IMG/VR virus record: IMGVR_UViG_3300042988_000341
Coordinates: 24,578-88,577 of that record
Length of the DNA: 64,000 nt
Origin: a virus
Reading direction: 5' to 3' (one strand)
Notes under the pieces: generated by a model
The model's database searches: none
What the model saw: the letters and a program-made list of their open reading frames with translations, nothing else
What the model was told of the DNA's origin: nothing
Made by a program: the position numbers and the translations under genes
Shown: piece by piece, positions 39,377-48,500 of the stretch
How the letters are laid out: each line of letters starts with the position of its first letter
How positions within the stretch are numbered: the first letter of the stretch is position 1

Positions 39377-40348
39377 ATGAGAGTATTAGTAACAGGAGGC
39401 CAGGGACTGATAGGCCATCATGTAGTACAACGATTGCTACAACAGGGACATCATGTCACTACGTTAGACAATCTAACCAACTATGGTATCATTCAACAAG
39501 ATGAACTCGACTATCTACTATTAGAACGTAACAAGAAGATGGAACGTGCTACCCATATTGTGGGTGATATCTCTAACGCTAAGACAGTAGATGAGACTAT
39601 CTGTTCATTCGCACCAGAGATTGTCATTCACATGGCATCATTCCCTAGACAGAAGGTAGTCAACAACAACCCAGCACTAGGTAGCAGAGTGATGAGCGAG
39701 GGTCTAATCAACCTCCTAGAGTCCTCTGCTCACTACGATGTAAAGAAGTTCGTGTACATCAGTAGCTCAATGGTCTACGGTGACTTCACGGACGATGTGT
39801 TCGAGGACGCAATATGTAGGCCGCAAGGACAGTACGGCATTCTCAAATTAGCTGGTGAATGGTTAGTCAAAGATTACACACGTAAACATGGCATGCCACA
39901 TGTTATCATCAGACCTAGTGCGGTTTATGGCCCTCTAGATGTAGAGGACAGAGTAGTGTCTAAGTTTATGTTGACCGCTATGCGGGGAGGAGTACTCAAG
40001 GTAAATGGCGCCAACGAGACCCTGGACTTTACATTCGTAACTGACGCCGCAGATGGGATTACCGCAGCAGCCCTATCAAATGCCGCCAATAACAAGACAT
40101 ATAACGTTACTAAATCTCATAGTTGGTCGCTGCTCGAAGCAGCCGAACTAGCGGTCAAAATCGCCGGTCGCGGTACTATCGAATGTCGTGATCGAGACTT
40201 AGACTTCCCATCACGCGGTGCCCTAAACATCAGTGCTGCCAGAACTGACTTCGGATTCGACCCTAAAGTAGACGTAGAAGAGGGCTTCCAACGCTACCAC
40301 GACTGGTTCTCACAATCCACCTACTGGCAGACACGCATCAAAAAGTGA
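39377..40348 (+). CDS. NAD-dependent sugar epimerase/dehydratase (extended SDR)
   Basis: 'TGGQGLIG', 'SSSMVYG', YxxxK 'YGILK', 'RPSAVYGP'. Confidence 0.9.
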   Translation: MRVLVTGGQGLIGHHVVQRLLQQGHHVTTLDNLTNYGIIQQDELDYLLLERNKKMERATHIVGDISNAKTVDETICSFAPEIVIHMASFPRQKVVNNNPALGSRVMSEGLINLLESSAHYDVKKFVYISSSMVYGDFTDDVFEDAICRPQGQYGILKLAGEWLVKDYTRKHGMPHVIIRPSAVYGPLDVEDRVVSKFMLTAMRGGVLKVNGANETLDFTFVTDAADGITAAALSNAANNKTYNVTKSHSWSLLEAAELAVKIAGRGTIECRDRDLDFPSRGALNISAARTDFGFDPKVDVEEGFQRYHDWFSQSTYWQTRIKK

Positions 40349-40354
40349 TAAATA
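40347..40354 (+). promoter_or_regulatory. T4-like late promoter (GATAAATA)
   Basis: 5 nt upstream of the ATG at 40360. Confidence 0.65.
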
Positions 40355-40359
40355 CGAGT

Positions 40360-40788
40360 ATGTTCATACTCTCCATCACTCCTGACTGGTTCATTCATCT
40401 CCTGCTCATTGCTAGCGCTATTGCGTTGACAGTGGGCATTACTCTTGGTAGCGTCAAACTCATCAAGCAATACACAACCCTACTCAAAGTCTGTGGCTCA
40501 ATCGTACTAGTACTCGCACTGCTACTAGAAGGCGCTCTACTAGACAATCACGTATGGCAAGAACGTGTATTAGAAGTAGAAGCAAAACTAGCTAAGGCAG
40601 AAGCAGAGGCTGCTAAGGCAAACACCACAATCACTGACCGGGTAGCAACTAAGCAAGCCAAGGTCCGAGAAAAGACTGTCATTGTCAAACAATACATTGA
40701 CCGTGAAGTTACCAAGTACGATACTACTTGTGTAATCCCAAAGCCATTCATTCGAGCGCACAACGATGCTGCGGAGCAAGCAAAATGA
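40360..40788 (+). CDS. Putative inner-membrane spanin (Rz-like)
   Basis: N-terminal hydrophobic helices, coiled coil, C-terminal Cys in 'TCVIPKPFIRAHNDAA'. Start corrected to 40360. Confidence 0.65.
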   Translation: MFILSITPDWFIHLLLIASAIALTVGITLGSVKLIKQYTTLLKVCGSIVLVLALLLEGALLDNHVWQERVLEVEAKLAKAEAEAAKANTTITDRVATKQAKVREKTVIVKQYIDREVTKYDTTCVIPKPFIRAHNDAAEQAK

Positions 40789-41207
40789 AAATCAACGAAA
40801 TCATTACAGAAGCTAAGAAAGCTAATACTAAGACTGCCAGAGCGGCATTCGGCAAGCGCACAAGTTCTAAGACTAAACTAAGTGACAGAGAGCAAGAAAA
40901 AAAGAAAGCAGACAGTGATGATGCTTGGGCGAGACTGATGGCATACATCGAAGCTGAGAAGAAGAATGAAGGCATCTCAGAAAACATGGATCACTCTAAG
41001 GATGGTCGTGCTGTCGAAGAACTCCGTGCTGCCTTAGAGAATAAAAGAAGTCAGTTACAGTCAGCAGATAGCGATGAAGTATACGACATCATTGACGAGA
41101 TTATGACTAGAATCGCAAAGTCACACAGTATCTCAGGTCAGAAGCTACACGATATGTGGGTTGACAAGTACCGAGAAGTTCCTGATACGTGGGTCATGGA
41201 GATATAA
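40785..41207 (+). CDS. Putative internal head protein (MKINE family)
   Basis: Starts MKINEIITE, with an internal 'GISE'. The ATG overlaps the spanin stop. Confidence 0.55.
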   Translation: MKINEIITEAKKANTKTARAAFGKRTSSKTKLSDREQEKKKADSDDAWARLMAYIEAEKKNEGISENMDHSKDGRAVEELRAALENKRSQLQSADSDEVYDIIDEIMTRIAKSHSISGQKLHDMWVDKYREVPDTWVMEI

Positions 41208-41518
41208 TGAACAACAACGAGAACAAAGAAGTACTAAAAACAGTCACTGGATTCATCATTATCTTGATGCTAGTGGTATTCACACTAACCGGTTGTTCAA
41301 CGGTAGTACCAGTTACCGCTAAGTTCCCTGACGCGCCAGAGCGCATCAAAGTGCCATGCCCTCAACTACAGAAACTAGACGACGGTGCTAAACTAAGTGA
41401 CGTAGCTAATACAGTCACAATCAACTACAGCACATACTACGTGTGTGCTGTAAAGAACGATGCTTGGATCGAGTGGTATGAAGTTCAGAAAAATATATTT
41501 GAAAAGGCAGCAAAATGA
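41207..41518 (+). CDS. Putative outer-membrane spanin lipoprotein (Rz1-like)
   Basis: Hydrophobic signal with lipobox LTGC; Pro-rich 'FPDAP...PCP'; 'YYVC'. Confidence 0.7.
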   Translation: MNNNENKEVLKTVTGFIIILMLVVFTLTGCSTVVPVTAKFPDAPERIKVPCPQLQKLDDGAKLSDVANTVTINYSTYYVCAVKNDAWIEWYEVQKNIFEKAAK

Positions 41519-41988
41519 AAATCAACGAGGTTCTGTATAAAAAAACTTCATATACATGGAGCAGCCTAAATGAGGGCATGGATCTCGACGATAGAATGGA
41601 ATTATTTGAAGAGTTAAGTGTAACTAATAACTTAACAGAAACAAACAATAATGATTCAGTAGAACAATTTAAACTTCTATGGTCAATGTCGGATGTACCT
41701 GAACGAAATAATAAATATATTGTTGTCCCTACGTGTTTAATGAACAATAGAGTTATGTTATTAGATAAAGTAACAGTTATGGCATTTGTTAGTAGAAATC
41801 AACAAGAAATGACGTTTAGTGATAATGGACAATCAAAAACATATCCTTCTGAATTAATAAGAGAAAGGGCAACATACAATGTCTTTACCTTCGCAACAAC
41901 AGAAAAATATGAGTCATTCCACACGATGGTTGCTATGAGATTTGAATTGTCATTGCCTACTATAAAAGAAATAGAAACGAGAGAGTAA
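41515..41988 (+). CDS. Putative internal head protein (MKINE family)
   Basis: Starts MKINEV; internal 'LNE' and 'LTE'. Confidence 0.5.
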   Translation: MKINEVLYKKTSYTWSSLNEGMDLDDRMELFEELSVTNNLTETNNNDSVEQFKLLWSMSDVPERNNKYIVVPTCLMNNRVMLLDKVTVMAFVSRNQQEMTFSDNGQSKTYPSELIRERATYNVFTFATTEKYESFHTMVAMRFELSLPTIKEIETRE

Positions 41989-41990
41989 AA

Positions 41991-42674
41991 ATGAAAATCA
42001 ACGAAATCATCAGCGAAGGCAAAACAGGCCCAGGCTTGTGGGCAAACATTCACGCTAAGCGCAAGCGTGGCGAGCGGATGCGTAAGCCAGGCAGTAAAGG
42101 CGCACCTACTGATCAGGACTTTAAAGACGCTGCTAGTGAAGGAGTGGCGAAAACAAATGTATCTAAGTATAAAGACCTAGGTGCCACTAAAGATACTACT
42201 CACTTCATTAAAAATGTAACAACTGGTGAGATTGTTAGTCCGCACCGTAGTAAGCAAGACGCAGAAGATGCTCTAGTTGCTCACTATCGTGGTCCAAGAG
42301 ATGGTAACGAATATAAGATTGTTCGTGCTAGAAAAGAAGGTGTGGCGGAAGACATACTAGAAGAAACTTACAACAACGATGACGAGTTCTTCGAAGCATA
42401 CGGCGTTATGGAATATAACGATGAGATGATTAACGAAGCTGAGTATCAGGGTCACAAAGTCACACTAAACAAACCTATGCAAGGCGATGTAAAAAAGTTC
42501 AAAGTATATACTAAGAACGAAAAGGGCAACGTAGTCAAAGTCAACTTCGGTGACCCTAACTCAACAATCAAAAAGAACAATCCTGCTCGTCGTCGTAGCT
42601 TTAGAGCACGACACAACTGCGATAATCCGGGCCCAAAAACCGGCGCTCGTTATTGGTCATGTAGAAAGTGGTGA
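41991..42674 (+). CDS. Putative modular internal head protein (MKINE family)
   Basis: MKINEIISE; modules separated by 'EGVAE', 'ILEE' and 'MINE'; basic C-terminal module 'RRRSFRARHNC...ARYWSC'. Confidence 0.6.
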   Translation: MKINEIISEGKTGPGLWANIHAKRKRGERMRKPGSKGAPTDQDFKDAASEGVAKTNVSKYKDLGATKDTTHFIKNVTTGEIVSPHRSKQDAEDALVAHYRGPRDGNEYKIVRARKEGVAEDILEETYNNDDEFFEAYGVMEYNDEMINEAEYQGHKVTLNKPMQGDVKKFKVYTKNEKGNVVKVNFGDPNSTIKKNNPARRRSFRARHNCDNPGPKTGARYWSCRKW

Positions 42675-42678
42675 TTAA

Positions 42679-42987
42679 ATGAGTGAACAAAGCGAAAAGG
42701 GACAATTCATCGAGAAGCTAATCTTCGCCCTACTACCACTACTAATCGCTGGTGTAGGCTATCTACTATCAGCAGTAAGCAGACTAGAACACGAAGTAAC
42801 GATACTCAATCAAAAAGCAAGTCTAGTAGTCACGGCAGACAACAAGCAAGCTACGAATACTGGTAGTGAACTAGCACGAGAGAAGTTACGACAAGAGTTA
42901 GAAAAGGAAATTCAACTCAATCGAGATCAAATCCAAGAGAACAAACAGCATATAGCAGTACTCGAAGAACGAATCAAGAAGAAATAA
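42679..42987 (+). CDS. Single-pass membrane protein with coiled coil (possible lysis accessory)
   Basis: N-terminal TM 'LIFALLPLLIAGVGYLL'. Confidence 0.55.
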   Translation: MSEQSEKGQFIEKLIFALLPLLIAGVGYLLSAVSRLEHEVTILNQKASLVVTADNKQATNTGSELAREKLRQELEKEIQLNRDQIQENKQHIAVLEERIKKK

Positions 42988-43011
42988 AAAAGGACCCAGT
43001 GGGTCCTTTTT
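42986..43011. terminator. Bidirectional intrinsic terminator
   Basis: AAAAAGGACCC-AGT-GGGTCCTTTTT between convergent genes. Confidence 0.85.
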
Positions 43012-43028
43012 GTTGAATGCTTCGAAAC

Positions 43029-43856
43029 TTACTCACTAGCGTCAGCAGTAGGGTTCTTACAGTACGCACGTTTTTGATTAGTCAACTTACCGTAGTCAAC
43101 TGGCCATTCTTGACCAGGCTGTACTTCACGTGCATTGCTAGGGAAAGTATACTTGACACCAGCTTCTTGCTGAATTTGAGCGATAGGCTTACGGAACTTA
43201 GTCAAGTCATTGCCTAGATTAGGATACGGCTTGACGTGTGGGAACCACCAGCCAGCAACTTCACCCGTCGCGTTATTGATAACAATCTTGTAGAAAGCGT
43301 GTGGGACAACAACACCCTTGCCGATTGTTGGGTTACCAGCACCATAAACACTACCTACGTAAATGGTATATGGTTGATTCAACTGAACCGCCCAACCACG
43401 TACTGATGTCTCTAGCAACTTCCAGATACCACGGTTCAATGAGCCTGCTTGTGGTGCCATGTTAGTCATTAGAAAACTCTCGTACTCAACTTGCTGGTCC
43501 CATGATAGATCACCATCTGGTGCCATGTGGCCACGGTCATAGCCGGTGGCAGCGTAGTCGTCTGGCGTAGCGCCATTAGCGACAAACTGATTAGTAGTAA
43601 AAGCGTTAGTACGTGGGAAACAACCTAGAGCATTCTTAGGTACGAGTTCATAGGTAACGAACTTAGGTAGTTTAGCGGCAGCATCATAGCCGACTAGATA
43701 TGCTTGCTGACATAGCGGTTGAACGCCAGCAGTTTGTGGGAAGCCGTACGGAGCGTGTACTCGACACTGGTCAACCGGGAATGGTGCCCGTTGTGTCCAG
43801 GCAAATGATGATACTGATGCTAATGCCAGTACCAAGGTTACGATTAGTTTATTCAT
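43029..43856 (-). CDS. Secreted DNA/RNA non-specific endonuclease (NucA/Serratia family)
   Basis: Sec-type signal peptide; 'YDRGHMAP', 'TNMAPQ...LNRGIWKLLE'. Confidence 0.9.
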   Translation of the reverse strand: MNKLIVTLVLALASVSSFAWTQRAPFPVDQCRVHAPYGFPQTAGVQPLCQQAYLVGYDAAAKLPKFVTYELVPKNALGCFPRTNAFTTNQFVANGATPDDYAATGYDRGHMAPDGDLSWDQQVEYESFLMTNMAPQAGSLNRGIWKLLETSVRGWAVQLNQPYTIYVGSVYGAGNPTIGKGVVVPHAFYKIVINNATGEVAGWWFPHVKPYPNLGNDLTKFRKPIAQIQQEAGVKYTFPSNAREVQPGQEWPVDYGKLTNQKRAYCKNPTADASE

Positions 43857-43875
43857 GATTAAATTCCTTCGTAGT

Positions 43876-43903
43876 TATTTAGCTGATTGGATCGTGATAA
43901 ATA
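43876..43903. promoter_or_regulatory. Divergent pair of late promoters
   Basis: CTAAATA on minus (43876-43882) and GATAAATA on plus (43896-43903). Confidence 0.6.
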
Positions 43904-43920
43904 CACAATACGGTGCCAAA

Positions 43921-44880
43921 ATGAGAATAAACGAAGTCAAATCCCTTAACGATAAAGTACAGCAAGTCAAGAAATTTGCTGCTTGGGCTATCGACCAACT
44001 AGGTATCGAGAATCCACCGGACATTGAGTACGGTACAGATATGAGTAGAGTGCTCAAGCAACGCTCATTCGGCAGTACTAATTCAGCTGGCAAAATCTGG
44101 GCACACTGCTCAAACAGAAACGCAGCAGACGCTATGAGAACACTATGCCATGAATTGTGCCACCACCGTCAATTCGAATTAGGCACTGCTACTAACGACA
44201 TGGACGACGAGCAACGTCTCAAAATCGAAGACGAAGCAAACGCTATCGCTGGTCGTATGCTTAGAGTATACGGCAAACTCGACAAAACAATTTACGAATC
44301 CACTAGCAGTGGCTGGAAGTTTGCTAAGTTTATGGTCACGGAAGATCAAATATTAAACTTCGGTGCGGCATATTACGCTAGGTTAAAACGTGATCGTATT
44401 ACTAATCCCGAAATTCCGTTCAGAGACGGTAATATATTAGCAAGTACTCTTCGTCGATTAGCGGAACACTCCTTGATTGAGTCCAGTCATCCAGCCATTG
44501 CTGACTTGATTAGCTTCCAGAGTTATTTAAAAACTATTGATGGCCGAAGAGGAGTGCGAATGGCCGTGGGATCTAAGGTCGCAGTAATTCAATTTGAACC
44601 ACACACCTCATCTGCGGTGATTGAAGTCCGTGGACACGAGACACCAAAAGAGATATCACAGATTGAGCATAAAGCGGACGGCGTGATTGATTACATTATA
44701 TTCAGTGATGGAACAATGTTCCCCGATGCTGAGTTTACATCAAAAGGCATGGGTGGTGAATACGAAGGACTCACAACGCTATTCTATTCCACTAAGCAGC
44801 AAGCAAGTAACGCAGTTATATTAGCAGCACTTAAAGTACCATCAACTTGGAACTTCAGTACCGTAAATATTAAAGATTAA
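43921..44880 (+). CDS. MRINE-family protein with HExxH metallopeptidase-like module
   Basis: Likely start 43921 (MRINEV), after the late promoter; 'TLCHELCHHRQ...EDEANA'; later 'IYE' and 'LIE' sites. Confidence 0.55.
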   Translation: MRINEVKSLNDKVQQVKKFAAWAIDQLGIENPPDIEYGTDMSRVLKQRSFGSTNSAGKIWAHCSNRNAADAMRTLCHELCHHRQFELGTATNDMDDEQRLKIEDEANAIAGRMLRVYGKLDKTIYESTSSGWKFAKFMVTEDQILNFGAAYYARLKRDRITNPEIPFRDGNILASTLRRLAEHSLIESSHPAIADLISFQSYLKTIDGRRGVRMAVGSKVAVIQFEPHTSSAVIEVRGHETPKEISQIEHKADGVIDYIIFSDGTMFPDAEFTSKGMGGEYEGLTTLFYSTKQQASNAVILAALKVPSTWNFSTVNIKD

Positions 44881-44895
44881 ATAAAAGGAAAATAA

Positions 44896-45525
44896 ATGTA
44901 CCACGTAACCCTAGAATTACTCCAACAACTATGCCCTAAGACTAAAAAGTCAGTCTTAGAAGCATACGTGCAGCCACTACAAGAAGTATGTGACTACTAC
45001 GAGATCACTCAAACTCCTGAACGCTTAGCTGGCTTCCTAGCACAAGTAGCACACGAGAGTGGCGCATTCAACTTTGTCAAAGAGAACTTGAACTACGGCG
45101 CTAAAGGTCTAGTCGGCACATTCAAAAAGTACTTCCCTGATGAAGCATCGGCTAAGCCATATGAGCGTCAGCCAGAGAAGATTGCTAATCGTGTTTATGC
45201 TAATCGTATGTCTAACGGTGACGAAGCAAGTGGTGACGGCTATCGCTTCTGCGGCCGTGGCCTAATTCAATTGACTGGCCGTGCTAACTATACTAAGTTC
45301 GCAGAAGACTTAGGCATCTCTATTGACGAATGCGTTGCTTATATGGAAACACCTAACGGCGCGGTAAGTAGTGCTGGTTGGTTCTGGGATAACAACAATC
45401 TAAGTCAATGGTGCGATAAGGGCGACTTTGTTATGCTAACTAAGCGTATCAACGGCGGCACAATCGGCTTAGCTGATCGTCAACATCACTATCAAATCGC
45501 TCTCGACTTACTAAAGCAACAATAA
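44896..45525 (+). CDS. Glycoside hydrolase family 19 endolysin
   Basis: 'FLAQVAHES', 'ENLNY', 'GRGLIQLTGRANY', 'TKRINGG..GL.DR'. Confidence 0.92.
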   Translation: MYHVTLELLQQLCPKTKKSVLEAYVQPLQEVCDYYEITQTPERLAGFLAQVAHESGAFNFVKENLNYGAKGLVGTFKKYFPDEASAKPYERQPEKIANRVYANRMSNGDEASGDGYRFCGRGLIQLTGRANYTKFAEDLGISIDECVAYMETPNGAVSSAGWFWDNNNLSQWCDKGDFVMLTKRINGGTIGLADRQHHYQIALDLLKQQ

Positions 45526-45526
45526 T

Positions 45527-48500
45527 ATGGCATTAACTTGGACAACCCCAGCAGGCAGTATTGGTACATACAAAGAGACGCTACCGATATCGTTTCAGTT
45601 CTTAACATCTTCAACGGATGCTGGTACTGTTACATACTCGCTATCATCCGGCTATCTACCTACTGGCACTACGCTAAGTGCTACTGGTCTGTTGTCTGGA
45701 GTGCCACTTACTAACAACACTGACACCGCTCAAGTGATCTGGTTCGTCGTAAGAGCTAGATTAACTAAGAGTGATAGCTCAACAGAAGATGTATATGAAA
45801 CATTCAATATATCTATTGCTCCGTGGTTAAACTGGGTAACTAAAGCAGGCTCATTAGGTGAGTACGCCGCTTACTCATCACTCAACATTCAGTTACAGAC
45901 TAGAATACCACCGGTACAGATGTCTTATGTTAGATACTCGTTAGTCGCAGGCGCATTACCCGACAACGTAACTCTAAACACTACTACTGGTGTAATCTCA
46001 GGCAAGCCAACTACTACTGATAAATTCAAAGTAAGTACATTCTCAATCAAAGCTACGGGCTATGGGTTCAGCGGCATCGAAGTAGCTCAACAAACACAAC
46101 AGTTCTCAATCACAGTGGGCATGTGGGCAACTCCGCCGATTGGAACTATGGAATCAAACATGCTTGGCCCCTTTACCGGAGGTCAGCCCATTCATCCTGT
46201 TCAGTTCATCTGTAGTCCGGGTTTAAACAATACAATCAAATACGAGATCATCGATCAGTCTCAACTAGCTCTAAGACCTATTACTGCTACATACAACGGC
46301 GTGTCTGGTATAGCGGCAGCAGAGTTAGTGGGCTTACCAGAAGTAGTTGCCGCTGATAGACAGTTCTCGTTCACGCTCAGAGTAACAAAACAGAACTCAG
46401 CGAACGTAACTGTTATCGACGAGAGACGCTTTGTCTACGTAGTACTAGCACGTTCGCAGCCGAAGTGGATTACACCGCCCGGCCAAGTCACTACAACTAT
46501 AACAACTACTACTGGCACAGTAAGTAGTAATAATAAGATAACGGTAGATGATCCAACAAACATCGTATCTGGCCTAATAGTAACTGCGTCATCCATAACT
46601 CAACCAACAACAGTAACCTCAATCACTGGTCAAGTAGTAACTCTATCATCAAACGTCACCAGTAACTCATCGATACCGTACACATTCATCAAAAATACTC
46701 ATACAGAAGGCACATCATTCACCCATGTATTCTCAGCACAGGCAGCAGTACGCGGTGACATCGTGAACTTTGAGCTACTCAACGGTAGTTACCCTGCCGG
46801 TAATCTAGTGCTCACTCAAACAGCAAACAATACAGCTACATTAAGCGGCACACTAGCGCAAGTCAGTGCGAATACAACAACACCGTTTACTATCAGAGCT
46901 ATTGAAAAGAACAATACTACTGTAGTTGGCATCAGTGACAGAACATTTGACATCACAGTAGCCGGACCAACACCGCCGACATTCGCAACAATAACTGGCA
47001 TGCTAGGTGATATGAGTACACGCTACTATGCTGATGTACCGGCAGCATCTATCAGCAATATTACTAACAACGGTAATAGTGTTGTAGTAAGTGTAGCGCC
47101 ATACAACTTGACTAACTACGGCATCACTAACAACACACCGATCTACATTGCTGGCATTATCGGCGGCACTGCTACAACGTTGAACAAGAACATGTATTAC
47201 GTTAGCAACGCTGACAGCAGTAATAGTACATTCGAGTTGTGCTTGAATGCTGGTTCAAACAACACACCAACAAACCCACTAACGCTGCCAAGTATTACTT
47301 ACACAGCCGGCGGCACAGTAGGCAGAGTATCACTAGACAGCACGTACTTTGAAACTCAAATTGTAGCTAACTTAAATGACCCAGATGTAACAGCGATATT
47401 TACACTTGACTCAGGTCTGTTACCGGACGGACTAGAGCTGAGTACTAGTGGTCTTATCTCGGGTTACCCAACTAGTAAACGCACTACGATAGATGATGCT
47501 GGTCTGCCGGTATATTGGGGTGCTGTTGATGTCAATGGTAGCCCAACAACTAAGCTGAGCACATTCACTGTTCGCGTGACAACTCAATCAGGTACTTCTA
47601 CTGCTGAATACAGTATAGCTATTCTTAATCAAGAAGCAGCATGGAGCTTGAATCAATACTTAGCGGGAACTAGTGAAGAGTTCCCGGGTAGAGTGCCAGT
47701 ACTACTCAATACTAGACCACTAACGCAAGTAATCAGTAATACTGATCCATACTTCGCGTACTACTCTACTGATAGTAATATCGGTCGCTACACACAAGAT
47801 AATCAACTAGTGTACAAGATGATCGGTCACAACTTCAACGCCGGTGAAACTGAAAGCGCAGAGTACGGACTTACGTACACTATCACGGGTCTGACTGCTG
47901 GCATTGCAGACAGCGCTAATGCTTTTGCTCCTACTATTGCTACATTCACGGCTAACGATAGTAACGTTGTGATGACGACACTAAATGCTTTGGGTACTAC
48001 AATCTCGTTCATTGGCAGCAATGTTGGTAACACTGTGCTATCAAATGGCGATGCTGCTAACGTAAACACTTATGTCGGTAACACAATGAAGTATTACTGG
48101 TCAGCAGTTCCTAATACAGTGAACACGATTAATTTGTATACCAATAAAGATACTAACATCGCTAACGTAATCACTCATGTAGTTGGCGACTTAGTTACAC
48201 CTACTGCTAACGGCACACTACAAACACTAGATGCTACTATGCTAATAAGTCCGACTTCTAGTAACGTGGCGGCTAACGGCTGGATCAACGGCACACTAGG
48301 CAACATAGGCACTGACATCAACACATACAAGTTCAACGTCACGGTCGCTGCCCCTAACTTAGTAGCGAATATAAACACAACTGCTACTATCAGTAACTAC
48401 AGTAGTATCATCTTAGTGGGTAACACATACGGACTAACAGTGGGCAGACAAGTCAACTTCACTGGTAACTCTGTTGGCAACATCAGTAACAGTGAGACGT

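Noticed and set aside
43855-43920. ORF-track N-terminal extensions (also at 23858, 37397, 40345, 40728, 41189 and 62591)
   Set aside because: They overlap promoters or neighbouring genes; downstream ATGs fit promoter spacing, coupling or the MKINE motif better.
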